Assembly: GCA_963664815.2 (NCBI GenBank)
Contig: CAXXHB010000003.1
Coordinates: forward strand, 3,104,001-3,168,000
From: Spirochaetota bacterium
GTDB taxonomy: Bacteria; Spirochaetota; UBA4802; UBA5550
Direction of reading: 5' to 3'
DNA: 64,000 nucleotides
Shown here: in pieces, positions 21,317 to 32,091 of the stretch
How positions within the stretch are numbered: position 1 is the first letter of the stretch
Layout of the letters: every line of letters begins with the position of its first letter
Notes under the pieces: generated by a model
What the model saw: only the letters and a program-made list of their open reading frames with translations
Told to the model about the DNA's origin: nothing
Databases searched by the model: none
Made by a program: the position numbers and the translations under genes

Positions 21317-21571
21317 TCTTCATCCCATTTATAAATCAGAACTCCACTCGGGATGCGTGCGTCTGCAGAAAAAGATCAGACTCTTTTATCCGACACCTTC
21401 TGAAGTGAAGATATTTTCGTAACAACATAAATTTCAGCATTATCAGGAACTTTTGTAAAGTCTTATTCCGGTCAGACCTTAGAAGCCTGGGAGGGCACAA
21501 AGTATAAAACTATGACTAAATTAATATAACACATTGCAGCAGAAGATTTTCAGATAGAGTCTGTTGTGAGT

Positions 21572-24217
21572 TTACTTGCTTTCCCCTCCATTCAACAGCC
21601 TTACCAGCTGCTCCTGGCGGTATGGTTTACTTATACTGCCGTTAAATCCAAAATCCTCAGGTCTGGATATAACCGGGTCTTCAGAAAAACCACTTGATGC
21701 GTAAACCGGCATCGACGGGTATTTCTTTCTTATCTCGACAAGGGTATCTTTCCCACCCATACCACCGGGGATGGTAAGATCAAGAATTGCACCATCAAAG
21801 GGCTCACCCTTTTCAGCGGCGCTTTCAATCAGTTTTAAAGCCTCTTCACCGTTGCTCGCATCAATAGTAGTGTAACCTGCCAAAGCAAGCATCTCACCAG
21901 ATATTTCCCTTATAAACTCTTCATCATCCATAATGAGTATTTTTCCAGGAACTCTCTGTGAATATATTGCTGGTTTCTGATTCTCAGAAATTTCCCCGGA
22001 TGAAGCCGGGAGATATATATGAAAAACAGAACCTCTGCCTGGAACCGACTCTGCCTCAATAAGCCCATCATGTTTCTTTATAATTGAATAACAGGTGGCA
22101 AGACCAAGCCCGTTACCCTGCTGTCTGGTCGTAAAGAATGGATCAAATATTCTCTTCAGGTGATCAGGATGTATGCCAGTTCCCGTATCAGATATAGATA
22201 ATTTTACATAATCACCTTTTTTAAGCAGAGGATTGGCGTTATGATTAAAATTGACATTTTCACCCTTAATAGTTATTTTCCCTCCTGCAGGCATAGCCTG
22301 TATTGCATTTACAATTATATTATCAATTACCTGTGCTATCTGGTTTTTGTCATAATCGCACTGACTGAGATTCTTTTCAATAAAGAATTCGCAGGATATA
22401 TCTGAACCTGAAAGGGCAAGTGCAGCGATGTCATTGACAAGCATTCCAATGTTTCCGGTTTTGCGAACAGGCACTCCCCCTTTTGAAAATGTAAGAAGCT
22501 GCTGTGTAAGCTCCCTACCCCGGTTGAATATATCAAATGCCTTGTCTAGATACTGCAATACCTTTTCATCACTTGAACATTTCAATCTTGCAATTTCAAT
22601 ATAACCGAATATTCCGCTTAAAAGATTATTGAAGTCATGAGCTATACCACCGGCAAGAACACCAAGAGAATTAAGTCTGTCGGTCTGTTGTACCGCGTCA
22701 AGTAATTTTATCTTTTCGGTCATATCTCTGAAAACTATAACAGCTCCGATAACGTTGTTATTATTGTCCCTGATCTGCGCCCCGTTATGCGAAATTACCC
22801 TTTCCGTTCCATTCTTTGAAAGAAGTATTGTATGGTTTTCAGCCTCGGTAGATATTCCGTTTTTAATAACCTTAAAAGCAGGGTTTTCACACTGCATTCG
22901 GGTTGATTCATCTATAATATTGAATACAGTATTGAATGGTATACCATCTACATCATTCACACTCCACCCGGTAAGTTCCTCCGCCACGCGGTTCATAATT
23001 ACTATACTGCACTTGTCATCTGTTGTAATTACTCCGTCCCCTATGCTGCGTAGTGTTACAGAAAGTCTTTCCCTTTCGGCAGCAAGATTATCCTCATAAA
23101 GTTTACGTTCCGAAATATCACGAATAAATGCCTGATACGTACCATCAGGCATCATCTTTGTATTCATCCCTATAAAAATTACCGAACCATCTTTTTTTAC
23201 AAGATAGCGTTCGTTATATACTGTTAAACCCTGCTTAAGCAGATCATATCTGAGAGGTACTCTTATACTTTCTTCTTCAGAAAAAAGAAATTTTATATTT
23301 TTCCCTGCAAATTCATCCCGGGCATATCCTGTAAGTTCGCATGCGCGTTCATTAACACCTGTTACAATTCCCTCTGAAGTACCAAACAATATGGCATCCG
23401 GAGCAAGTTCTATGATAGATTTAAACCGCGCTTCACTCTCGATATGGTTTTTCTCAAACCGTTTCCTTTTTGAAATGTCTCGCACTGAGGCGAGGATTCT
23501 GTCCACCCCTTCAATTTTAACGCTGCTTAGAAATATTTCCGCCCAGAATGTGTCTCCATTTTTTCTCCTGGCTATCATCTCACAGGATTTTTTCCCCGAT
23601 TCAAAATATGTCTGAATCAGGCTTTCCCCGCTTTCCTGTATATTATCCTTGTCAACAACCCAGAGATCTTTGTTTTTTCCGTTGAGAAGTTCGTTCTTAT
23701 CTTTATAACCATACATATTCAGCATTTTTTTATTTACGTCAAGAATCGCGCCATTTAACATGTCATGAATAAAGAGAGCATCGCTTGATGAATCAAAAAT
23801 TTCATGGTAGTTTTTTTCGTTTATTTTCGCTCTATCAGAGGCTTTAAAAAGTTCAAATGCCATATCGATGGAAGATTTAAGAACAAAGTCCTTCGAGCTT
23901 TTAATAACATAGCCATAATGAATAATTCCCTGTACTCTCTCCACCATCTGCTGCCCCTCATGGGCTGTAAGAAAAATTACCGGTATATTTCTGTATTTCT
24001 GAATCTCTTTTGCAGTCTCCGCTCCACCGATACCTTCACCAAGATCAATATCCATGAGTATAAGACTTACAGCTTCATTTTCAGAACAGATCTTAATAGC
24101 CCCTTCCCCTGAGTTAACAGAAACAGCAGTATATCCGAATTTAATCAGGGACTGCATCAACTTTGACGAAATAAAAGCTTCATCCTCTACAAGCAAAATA
24201 GTTTTATCCCTGTTCAA
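21572..24217 (-). CDS. Hybrid histidine kinase: REC, 3 PAS, HisKA, HATPase, REC
   Basis: N-terminal REC ILLVEDE...LMDIDL; H-box GGIAHDFNNLL; GNGLGL; C-terminal REC ILIMDDE...ILDLTIP. Confidence 0.93.
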   Translation of the reverse strand: MNRDKTILLVEDEAFISSKLMQSLIKFGYTAVSVNSGEGAIKICSENEAVSLILMDIDLGEGIGGAETAKEIQKYRNIPVIFLTAHEGQQMVERVQGIIHYGYVIKSSKDFVLKSSIDMAFELFKASDRAKINEKNYHEIFDSSSDALFIHDMLNGAILDVNKKMLNMYGYKDKNELLNGKNKDLWVVDKDNIQESGESLIQTYFESGKKSCEMIARRKNGDTFWAEIFLSSVKIEGVDRILASVRDISKRKRFEKNHIESEARFKSIIELAPDAILFGTSEGIVTGVNERACELTGYARDEFAGKNIKFLFSEEESIRVPLRYDLLKQGLTVYNERYLVKKDGSVIFIGMNTKMMPDGTYQAFIRDISERKLYEDNLAAERERLSVTLRSIGDGVITTDDKCSIVIMNRVAEELTGWSVNDVDGIPFNTVFNIIDESTRMQCENPAFKVIKNGISTEAENHTILLSKNGTERVISHNGAQIRDNNNNVIGAVIVFRDMTEKIKLLDAVQQTDRLNSLGVLAGGIAHDFNNLLSGIFGYIEIARLKCSSDEKVLQYLDKAFDIFNRGRELTQQLLTFSKGGVPVRKTGNIGMLVNDIAALALSGSDISCEFFIEKNLSQCDYDKNQIAQVIDNIIVNAIQAMPAGGKITIKGENVNFNHNANPLLKKGDYVKLSISDTGTGIHPDHLKRIFDPFFTTRQQGNGLGLATCYSIIKKHDGLIEAESVPGRGSVFHIYLPASSGEISENQKPAIYSQRVPGKILIMDDEEFIREISGEMLALAGYTTIDASNGEEALKLIESAAEKGEPFDGAILDLTIPGGMGGKDTLVEIRKKYPSMPVYASSGFSEDPVISRPEDFGFNGSISKPYRQEQLVRLLNGGESK

Positions 24218-24416
24218 ATTCTTCTCCGAAAAACAGATTTTAAATATTAAAGAAGGGAATAATCAGTATTATCCATTTGGAAAAAATGTAGTAAATTACT
24301 TAAGCCATTTCATCAAAAAAAAGCATTTTTTTAATATTTTGGAGGGATACTTCTATATATACCTTCCCTCCCCCCTATCCACTTTCAGCGAGATTGTACA
24401 GGAGGGGGTGAGATAT

Positions 24417-25070
24417 CTACTCAAACGGTTTATCGAACTTTTTGTCCATTGCATTATTATGATTAAGCATTCCATCCCAGAGGAAGCTGTTTACCATGGG
24501 TATCACCTGTTTCAGGTTTTCAGCGGTGAGATGCTCCGGGTGCGCCAGTTTTTTCATAATTTCAGAATTAAATTTTCCGGTTTCCCCGAAATCCTTCCCT
24601 AACCTGTAGAAACCTGCAAATAGCTTCTCTACCAGAAACGGCGGCTGCACAGTCAACCCCTCGCAGCCCCCCTTGCAGATTGTCCCGATGTATATGCATC
24701 CAAGGCGTCTGGCCAGTTTTTCAAGGTATCTTTCCACAAACCTGTTGTGACAGGTTTCAGGAAATCCGTTCTGCACCAGAAACATCAGTTTAAGATCAGG
24801 ACGTTTACCCTTCATCTCTTCGAGAGACTCGATAAACTCCTTTACTGATCCGGGCATGGCGTCAACATACAGAGGGAAAGCAATCATCAGCATCTCTGCA
24901 CCAATAAAAATTTTTTTAAGGTTTTCAAAAGAGGGCCTCTCCTTTATCAGGTAGAATACTTCTACATCGTTCCCCGGGGTTTCGGTAAACCCCTGAGTAA
25001 AATGTTCAAGCAGCTTACCGGTATTACCCGAAACGCCGCGTGGTGATCCATTAATTATTGATAATTTCAT
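24417..25070 (-). CDS. Flavodoxin-like NAD(P)H-dependent oxidoreductase
   Basis: IINGSPRG...GNT, IAFPLYVDAMP, QNGFPE. Confidence 0.85.
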   Translation of the reverse strand: MKLSIINGSPRGVSGNTGKLLEHFTQGFTETPGNDVEVFYLIKERPSFENLKKIFIGAEMLMIAFPLYVDAMPGSVKEFIESLEEMKGKRPDLKLMFLVQNGFPETCHNRFVERYLEKLARRLGCIYIGTICKGGCEGLTVQPPFLVEKLFAGFYRLGKDFGETGKFNSEIMKKLAHPEHLTAENLKQVIPMVNSFLWDGMLNHNNAMDKKFDKPFE

Positions 25071-25596
25071 CAGCTAACTCCTCCGGGGATGTTGTTGTTG
25101 AAGTTACAAATCCAAGTCTGCTCTGAAGATTGATTGCAGCACGTTCGAATATCATTTTTATTATTGAAATATCCTCTTCATCAGTTTCTCCGCTCCGTTC
25201 AAGATACAAACCAAGTACCGGGTACTTTTCATATCTCTTCATGTGATGAACTTCACCGTTTATATCCTCTAGGTAAGGGTGTATCAGAGGGATTATACGA
25301 TCGAGGGCATTCTTAAGCATTGCCGAGGGATATCCCATGATTACAGGAGAAGCCAGAAGCACAAAGTCGGAATGCAGTACCTTGCGGCACAATATATCAC
25401 CATCGTCCCTGAAAACACAAAGTCCTGGAGTTTTTACCCAGCAGTTGAAACAACCCCTGCAAGGAGAATATTTCATGTCACGCAGAATTAACTCATCGGC
25501 ATCTACACCTTTTTCTGACAGTGTGGAAATCAGTCTCCGGAGAGTGCTGTTAACACCTGAATCGATGCTGAAACTGTTTAGTACCAGTACTTTCAT
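25051..25596 (-). CDS. Flavodoxin family / iron-sulfur flavoprotein-like protein
   Basis: CRGCFNCWVKTPGLC cysteine cluster; ASPVIMG; DRIIPLIHPY. Start moved to ATG 25596 because of the GGGGAGGA SD. Confidence 0.85.
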   Translation of the reverse strand: MKVLVLNSFSIDSGVNSTLRRLISTLSEKGVDADELILRDMKYSPCRGCFNCWVKTPGLCVFRDDGDILCRKVLHSDFVLLASPVIMGYPSAMLKNALDRIIPLIHPYLEDINGEVHHMKRYEKYPVLGLYLERSGETDEEDISIIKMIFERAAINLQSRLGFVTSTTTSPEELADEIINN

Positions 25597-25610
25597 GATT
25601 TCCTCCCCAT

Positions 25611-25655
25611 GTATGCAATATGTTGCATATGACAATCCTAAATACAATTTGTCAA
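25611..25655 (-). promoter_or_regulatory. Promoter (-35 TTGACA) with an overlapping palindromic operator resembling a PadR/AphA box
   Basis: Minus strand ATATGCA-ACATAT-TGCATAC at 25630-25611; TTGACA at 25655-25650. Confidence 0.55.
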
Positions 25656-25805
25656 GAAATATATCACTTAATGAAGCAGGGGTTCTGCCATTTCGGGTTT
25701 AATAATCAGAACGTATCATAAACATCTGTGAGCATATAATGTATTTCCTGCAAACCGGCACCCGCAATAAGACTGAAGTATATCCGTAATATATTTTATC
25801 ACATT

Positions 25806-28800
25806 TTAATGTTTTTTATCCAGAATCTCCCGGACCTTGACTGACAATTCATGCGAGGTGAAAGGTTTGCTTATAAAATTAATTCCCTTCTCAAGGACTC
25901 CCTGTTTGTCTATAACCTCTGCCGTATAACCTGAATTATACAATATCTTTATATCTCCCCGTAATGCCAAAATTTTCTCTGCTGTTGAACGTCCATTAAT
26001 ACCCGGTAAAATAATATCTGTCATCAGCATATGGATCTTATCTTTATAATTCTGCACAACAGATAAAGCCTCTTCTCCACTTTCTGCTGTAAGAACATTA
26101 TATCCTGACTGGATTAAAACATCCCTGCAGAATTCAAGCACTTCGGCTTTATCCTCAACAACCAGAATAGTCTCTGAACCCACAGGCGAAGCTGATTGTA
26201 CACGGGTCTGCGGTGATTCCGCTTTAATCTGAGAAGATACCGGAAAATATACTTTAAATACAGTACCGCAGTCTATTTCGGAGTAAACCTCAATTGTCCC
26301 TCCGTTTTGCTTTACAATTCCATATACTGTAGCAAGACCCAGCCCTGTCCCCCGCTCCTTCTCTTTTGTTGTAAAAAACGGTTCAAAGGCATGGTCAAGT
26401 ATATCTTTGTTCATGCCAGTTCCCGTATCGGATACAGCCATCATTACATAATCGCCGGCGATTACACCGGGATGAATCTGTGAATAATTATCATCAAGGT
26501 AAACACCGGATGTCTCGATTGTAAGTATACCTCCGCCGGGCATGGCGTCACGGGCATTGGCTACAAGATTGATTATTATCTGTTCCACCTGCCCCGGATC
26601 GGCTTTTATTTGAGACACTTTTTCTCCCGGGATTACACTCAGTTTTATATTCTCGCCGATAAGCGTAAGTATCACCTTATACACATGTTCTATCAAATCA
26701 TTCAGGTTTACAACCTTGGGTTCAATGATCTGCTTACGCGAAAACGCTAAAAGCTGTCTTGTAAGATTAGCAGCCCCTTCTGCTGCATTTTTTATAACGG
26801 TGAGCCTCGAATAAGGTTTCCCTTCAGGGTCCAGCTGCCTCATAGCCATTTCAGTGTTTCCCATTATTGCAGTCAGCAGGTTGTTAAAATCGTGAGCAAT
26901 CCCGCCGGCAAGCCGGCCAAGTGATTCGATTTTTTGAGAATGTAAAAGCATCTCTTCAAGCCGTGATTTTTCTGCTTCTATTCTTTTTCTTTCGGTAATA
27001 TCTAAAGCTGTAAAAGTAAGTCCCGCAGATATATCTTCAGGGTCAAAGGGACTCAGGCACAAGATTACATCTATAATAATCCCGTCTTTTCGTTTAAGAC
27101 GGGATTCGATTATTCCAAGTCCTGTCTTCTCCATCTGTGAGTTTAATTCGGCATCTGCCCTCATATATTCATTTTCATTTATATAAAGCATCAGTGTATT
27201 CTTTCCAATAAGTTCCTCCTCCGTATAACCGACAATTTTACACAACGAATTGTTTACCTTTATATGAACGCGGTTAATAAGCAGACTAACACCTATTGGT
27301 GTTGCATCAAGCAGGCTTTTCAGCATAGCTTCATTTTTTTTCAGGTCTTCCTCTGCCCGCTTGCGTTCTGTTATATCAAGAGCGGTAACTACAACTCCTT
27401 TTGCTATATCTTCTGTATCCAGACGGCTCATAGAGAGTAAAATATTGATAATAGACCCGTCTTTGCGTCTGACGCGTGTTTCTGTTATTCCCATACCTCC
27501 ATTTTCTGTTTGAGGATATATATCACGTCCTACCCGATTGAACTCTTCATCATCAGGATAAAAAAGACGGGCTGATTTTCCCAACAGCTCCTCTTCAGAA
27601 TAGCCTGCCATTTTACACATAAAGCTGTTTACTTTTACAAACATGCGATCAATAAGCAGTACAATCCCTATCGGGCTTACATCAAATATCTTTCTTAGGA
27701 AGGTTTCACTGTCTTTTAAAGCTTCTTCAGCATGTTTCAGTCCTGTTATGTCAAGGGTTATCGCTACATCGCCGGCCTTTTCATCGTTGGGATTAACACG
27801 GTTTAGGCAGATTAATGCGTTCATTACCGAACCGTCTTTTCGTCTTAAGAAAGTCTCTATCATGGAAAGTCCTTCGCTGGTCCTGTTGTAATATATTTCC
27901 CCCACACGATTGTATTCTTCATCGCTGAAATAGAGTTGCCGTGTTGATTTTCCCACAATCTCTTCTTCTGAATACCCGGTAATTCTGCAGAAAGAATTGT
28001 TGACTTTTACCGGTATTCTGCCATGAATCAGCAATATTCCAGCCGGACTCGCTTCAAATATACTACTGAAAAGTGCTTCGCTTTTTCTCAGTGCTTCCTC
28101 TGCTTTTTTACGTTCGGTTATATCACTGAAAACACCTTCAATTCCGGATATATTCCCTTCTTTGTCATAATAAAACTGACTGTTGGTTGAAACAATAACT
28201 GGCTCACAGTTATCCATACGCTTTAACGTTACTTCGTAATGTGTTATTTTACCATGTTCGTGAAGATTTTTAAGCAGTTTTTCACGTTCCCCGGTATAAT
28301 AATAAAATTTTTTACTTAAATTCATCCCGATAATTGCTTCAGGAGAAGTGCATCCGAGCATCCGCACAGCTGATGGCGACGCAAAAACAAGATTACCGTT
28401 TAAATCACAGCGATAAGCCGCATCCTGCATATTTTCGACAAGAGAGCGATACTTTTCTTCACTTTCCATTAAAGACTGCTCTGTCTTTTTAAGCACTGTT
28501 ACATCAAGCACCGTTGCAATAACTCCATATTTCAGATCTCCCGGATTCACAGGACTGAGGCATATAAGGACATTTATTACGGATCCATCTTTCCTCCTCA
28601 AACGCGCCTCCGCCATTCCCAGACCGTCACGTTCCATCTCTTTGTAGGTTTGGCCTACGCGGTTGTACTCATCATCATTTAAATAAAGGTGTTGCGTTGT
28701 TTTCCCAAGCAGTTCTTCTTCTGAATAACCTGTGATCCTGCATAGTGAATGATTTAGTTTAATAATTGTCCTGTCAATTTTGTGCAGCGAGATACCCGAT

Positions 28801-29996
28801 GGGCTTGCTTCAAATATGCTTCGCAGCAGAGCCTCGCTGTTTCGAAGGGCTTCTTCTGCCTGTTTGCGTTCTGTAATATCGATCAATATTATTACAACAC
28901 CTGCCGAAGGGCTGTTAACGTCAATTGCCCTTACACACAATAGTGCCTGATAAGCAGAACCGTCTTTGCGTCTGTAGCGCGTTTCAATCAAACTATAACC
29001 CTTTTCCTTAACTTCAGAATAAACCTGATTCGAAACGCGGTCGGAATCTTCTTTTGTACAATACATCATTTCAGTGCTGTGCCCGATTATTTCCTCCGGA
29101 GCATATCCTGTTATTTCACAGAGTGTGTTGTTTATTTTTATATGAATGCGGTTTACAAGAAGCGCTATGCCTACAGGAGCAGCGTCAAAAAGAGATGTAA
29201 GAATTGCCTCGTTTTTACGAAGCTCTTCTTCCACATGCTTCCTTGAAGTAATGTCTTTAAAATCCCACACGCGACCGAATTTAACACCTTCACTTATTAA
29301 CGGCGAAGAATACCTTTCAAATGTTCTGCCATCCCGGAATCTTATTTCATCAAAACTCTCCAGGTCTGTGTTGTATAAATACTCAACCTTTTCAATGAAA
29401 CCTGATGGATCCTCAACCAGATCGATAACATAATTAATCAGGTTTTTGTCATCTCCGGAATCAAGAATATGCTTTGGCACTTTCCACATCTCAATTAACT
29501 GCCTGTTTATCTGACTTATTTTATTGTCTTTGTCTACCAGAAGAATTCCGTCTGCTGTTGTATTTAGTGTTGTCCTTAAAAGTTCTTCTTTGCGCTTTAA
29601 TTCTTTTTCAACATCTTTGCAACCGGTAATTTTTCTGAATGTTGCTGCAAGATTGATCCGACCGTTATAATACATGGGGGATGCAGCAATATCCGCATAA
29701 AATAATTTTTTCTCTCTTGTTAAAACAGGAACATCTTTTATCAGTTCTATATCTTTATTTAATAACTTTTGGAATGATTCTTTCACTTGCTGCAGTATTT
29801 CTTTGGGGTGTATATCATATATGCTGATATTTACAAGCTCATCTTGTGTATAACCGAGCATCATACATATTGCACGGTTGCTGAGAACTGGTTTTTCAGT
29901 TTCAGCATCTATCAGTACTATACCGTCAATTATATTGTTGAAGATATATTCAAATGTTTTATCTTTCTCAGATGTCGGGTTGTCTTTTTGATCCAT
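25806..29996 (-). CDS. Cytoplasmic hybrid histidine kinase with 8 PAS domains (CckA-like core)
   Basis: Eight PAS units; H-box GGIAHDFNNLLT; NARDAMP; GTGLGL; REC ILVVED...MTDIILP. Confidence 0.94.
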   Translation of the reverse strand: MDQKDNPTSEKDKTFEYIFNNIIDGIVLIDAETEKPVLSNRAICMMLGYTQDELVNISIYDIHPKEILQQVKESFQKLLNKDIELIKDVPVLTREKKLFYADIAASPMYYNGRINLAATFRKITGCKDVEKELKRKEELLRTTLNTTADGILLVDKDNKISQINRQLIEMWKVPKHILDSGDDKNLINYVIDLVEDPSGFIEKVEYLYNTDLESFDEIRFRDGRTFERYSSPLISEGVKFGRVWDFKDITSRKHVEEELRKNEAILTSLFDAAPVGIALLVNRIHIKINNTLCEITGYAPEEIIGHSTEMMYCTKEDSDRVSNQVYSEVKEKGYSLIETRYRRKDGSAYQALLCVRAIDVNSPSAGVVIILIDITERKQAEEALRNSEALLRSIFEASPSGISLHKIDRTIIKLNHSLCRITGYSEEELLGKTTQHLYLNDDEYNRVGQTYKEMERDGLGMAEARLRRKDGSVINVLICLSPVNPGDLKYGVIATVLDVTVLKKTEQSLMESEEKYRSLVENMQDAAYRCDLNGNLVFASPSAVRMLGCTSPEAIIGMNLSKKFYYYTGEREKLLKNLHEHGKITHYEVTLKRMDNCEPVIVSTNSQFYYDKEGNISGIEGVFSDITERKKAEEALRKSEALFSSIFEASPAGILLIHGRIPVKVNNSFCRITGYSEEEIVGKSTRQLYFSDEEYNRVGEIYYNRTSEGLSMIETFLRRKDGSVMNALICLNRVNPNDEKAGDVAITLDITGLKHAEEALKDSETFLRKIFDVSPIGIVLLIDRMFVKVNSFMCKMAGYSEEELLGKSARLFYPDDEEFNRVGRDIYPQTENGGMGITETRVRRKDGSIINILLSMSRLDTEDIAKGVVVTALDITERKRAEEDLKKNEAMLKSLLDATPIGVSLLINRVHIKVNNSLCKIVGYTEEELIGKNTLMLYINENEYMRADAELNSQMEKTGLGIIESRLKRKDGIIIDVILCLSPFDPEDISAGLTFTALDITERKRIEAEKSRLEEMLLHSQKIESLGRLAGGIAHDFNNLLTAIMGNTEMAMRQLDPEGKPYSRLTVIKNAAEGAANLTRQLLAFSRKQIIEPKVVNLNDLIEHVYKVILTLIGENIKLSVIPGEKVSQIKADPGQVEQIIINLVANARDAMPGGGILTIETSGVYLDDNYSQIHPGVIAGDYVMMAVSDTGTGMNKDILDHAFEPFFTTKEKERGTGLGLATVYGIVKQNGGTIEVYSEIDCGTVFKVYFPVSSQIKAESPQTRVQSASPVGSETILVVEDKAEVLEFCRDVLIQSGYNVLTAESGEEALSVVQNYKDKIHMLMTDIILPGINGRSTAEKILALRGDIKILYNSGYTAEVIDKQGVLEKGINFISKPFTSHELSVKVREILDKKH

Positions 29997-30349
29997 TAGT
30001 TTTCTCCGTTGATTTAACCTCTACCTGACTTAAACGAGAACATACCTTAACTATAGTCCCATTTATATTGAATGTAAATAAGAATTTTATTGATTATCAA
30101 ATTAAAAATCACTAATTTATCTAAATGTTAATTCCTTAAGATAGATTTTAATTTAAAATAAACTATTATAATGTATAATGGTGTGAATTAAGAATTTTCT
30201 GTAATAAAAAAGTTAAGGAATAATTATTAAATTTATTTATAATAAAAATGCCTGGATAGATGCGTTTTTCTCCCAGTAGAAAATGACATTAAATGCGTAA
30301 ATATATACGTTTCGGTATTGTAATAAATAAAAATCACGGAGAATAAACA

Positions 30350-30766
30350 ATGAAACAGATAATTCCGTTTCTATTCTTCATAATCTTTCTTGCAGTACTC
30401 CCGGGTATATTGAGTTCCGAAAATGGTAATATATTAAAAGATTACGAACTCCCGGACTCCGAAAGAATAGAATGGAACAGCTTTAAAGATGAATGGATGA
30501 AAAGCCGCTACTATTACTGTCTTAAGAAGTTTAATCTCAGAATGTCATGTAACGGCTGCGTCTATATATACATCAAGGGGAATATTACAATAGACAACAG
30601 CGGAAGAATTACCCGGTTCAATGAAACCGTGAGTAATATCTGCGGTAAAAAGATATCCCCATCTCTTAAAAAATGTTTTATTGAGCCGCTAACGGAAAAA
30701 CATCTACCTCCCGTGCTCAATGAAAAAGAATTTGAAACAATGCTTGGGACGGGATTGAAGTGCTGA
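30350..30766 (+). CDS. Secreted cysteine-rich hypothetical protein
   Basis: GGAGA SD, signal peptide, six Cys including CxxC and a C-terminal Cys. Confidence 0.75.
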   Translation: MKQIIPFLFFIIFLAVLPGILSSENGNILKDYELPDSERIEWNSFKDEWMKSRYYYCLKKFNLRMSCNGCVYIYIKGNITIDNSGRITRFNETVSNICGKKISPSLKKCFIEPLTEKHLPPVLNEKEFETMLGTGLKC

Positions 30767-30839
30767 ATTAGTCACCGCTATGGCAATTGAATAAATGCCC
30801 TCATCCGACCGTCATGGATGTTAAAAGTTCCTGATCAAA

Positions 30840-32060
30840 TCATAACATATCGCTTCCTGAGGGATTCTGGAATAGTCTAAGCCCGAATTCCGGAATTACG
30901 GCTATTAGATGTTCAAATATCTCTGCAACAGTTACCTCGTATTCCACAACATCAATAATATTTGTGAACACATATATCTGAAGCGGAATTCCGTTTGCTG
31001 TCGGTTCTAAAAGCTTCGCCATCAGTTTCTTTTCACTGTTAATCCCGGTATGACTTACAAGATAAAGTTCAACATATTTTCTGAAGATTCCTATGTTAGT
31101 AATACCGCTTTTATTAATCCTCTCATCCCTGCCGTATTTTACCGTCATTGCAAGTTCTTCCAGTTCATCACTCCCCTTAAGTATGGCAAGTTTCTGAATC
31201 CTCTTTAAAATCTTTTCATCCGGAAGGGTTATGCTGTTTATATCAATGTATATCACCCGTTTAATTCTTCTCCCGCCCGATTCTTTTACACCATGCCAGT
31301 TTTTGAAAGTTTCAGAGATGAGAGAATAGGCGGGGATCATACTGATAGTATTATCCCAGTTCTTTACTTTTACTGTACTCAGGGATATGTCGATTACTTC
31401 TCCGTTTACTCCATACTTTTCCATTTCGATTGAATCACCTATCACTACAAGGTTATTTGCATTGATCTGGATACTTGCTACAAGCCCAAGTATCCAGTCA
31501 CGGAAAATCAATATTATCAGAGCGGTCATTGCGCCGAATCCGCTCAATATTCCCCATGGTGACTTGTTGAAAAGCACAGATACAATCACTATTGCTACGG
31601 TGATAGCAAGAAAAATCTTAAGCATCTGCAGATATCCCTTTATCGGGTTCTTTCTCGAAACTTCAAATTCCTGATAATAATGATCCAGGGCATCAAGAAA
31701 CGCATTTACAGTAAAAAGTCCCATGGCTGCCAGTGTTGAAAATAGAATTCTTTCCAGTATCGTTCCGAATCTCGGGGTATCGGAAAATATAAACTCTGTT
31801 GTGAAATACAAAACCACAAACGGAAACATCCTGTTAAGCTTCCTGTATACATCTTTTTTTAGAAGAGACCTGTTAAACGGGATAATATCATTTTCTGCGG
31901 ACCTCACCGCGATTCTGTTTACAATCCATCCGGCGGCTTTCCCGAGAGTAAAGCTTACAACAAGGGCGATAACCAGTCTTATACATACATCCCCCATAAC
32001 TATAAGCTTTCTGTGCCAATCAACAGAATATAACCATATTGTCAGTATTTCGTTCATCAA
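30840..32060 (-). CDS. Mechanosensitive channel, MscS family (YbdG/MscM-like)
   Basis: PIKGYLQMLKI, LIFRDWILGLVASIQI, VKVKNWDNTI, FKNW...ESGGRRIKR, FGLRLFQNPSG. Confidence 0.9.
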   Translation of the reverse strand: MMNEILTIWLYSVDWHRKLIVMGDVCIRLVIALVVSFTLGKAAGWIVNRIAVRSAENDIIPFNRSLLKKDVYRKLNRMFPFVVLYFTTEFIFSDTPRFGTILERILFSTLAAMGLFTVNAFLDALDHYYQEFEVSRKNPIKGYLQMLKIFLAITVAIVIVSVLFNKSPWGILSGFGAMTALIILIFRDWILGLVASIQINANNLVVIGDSIEMEKYGVNGEVIDISLSTVKVKNWDNTISMIPAYSLISETFKNWHGVKESGGRRIKRVIYIDINSITLPDEKILKRIQKLAILKGSDELEELAMTVKYGRDERINKSGITNIGIFRKYVELYLVSHTGINSEKKLMAKLLEPTANGIPLQIYVFTNIIDVVEYEVTVAEIFEHLIAVIPEFGLRLFQNPSGSDML

Positions 32061-32091
32061 CTATTCTCCATTGTTATCAGATTTGCAAATA

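Noticed and set aside
26990-29230. Periodic nucleotide similarity suggesting a repeat array or CRISPR
   Set aside because: Explained by in-frame PAS domain duplications; no identical repeats with unique spacers and no cas genes.
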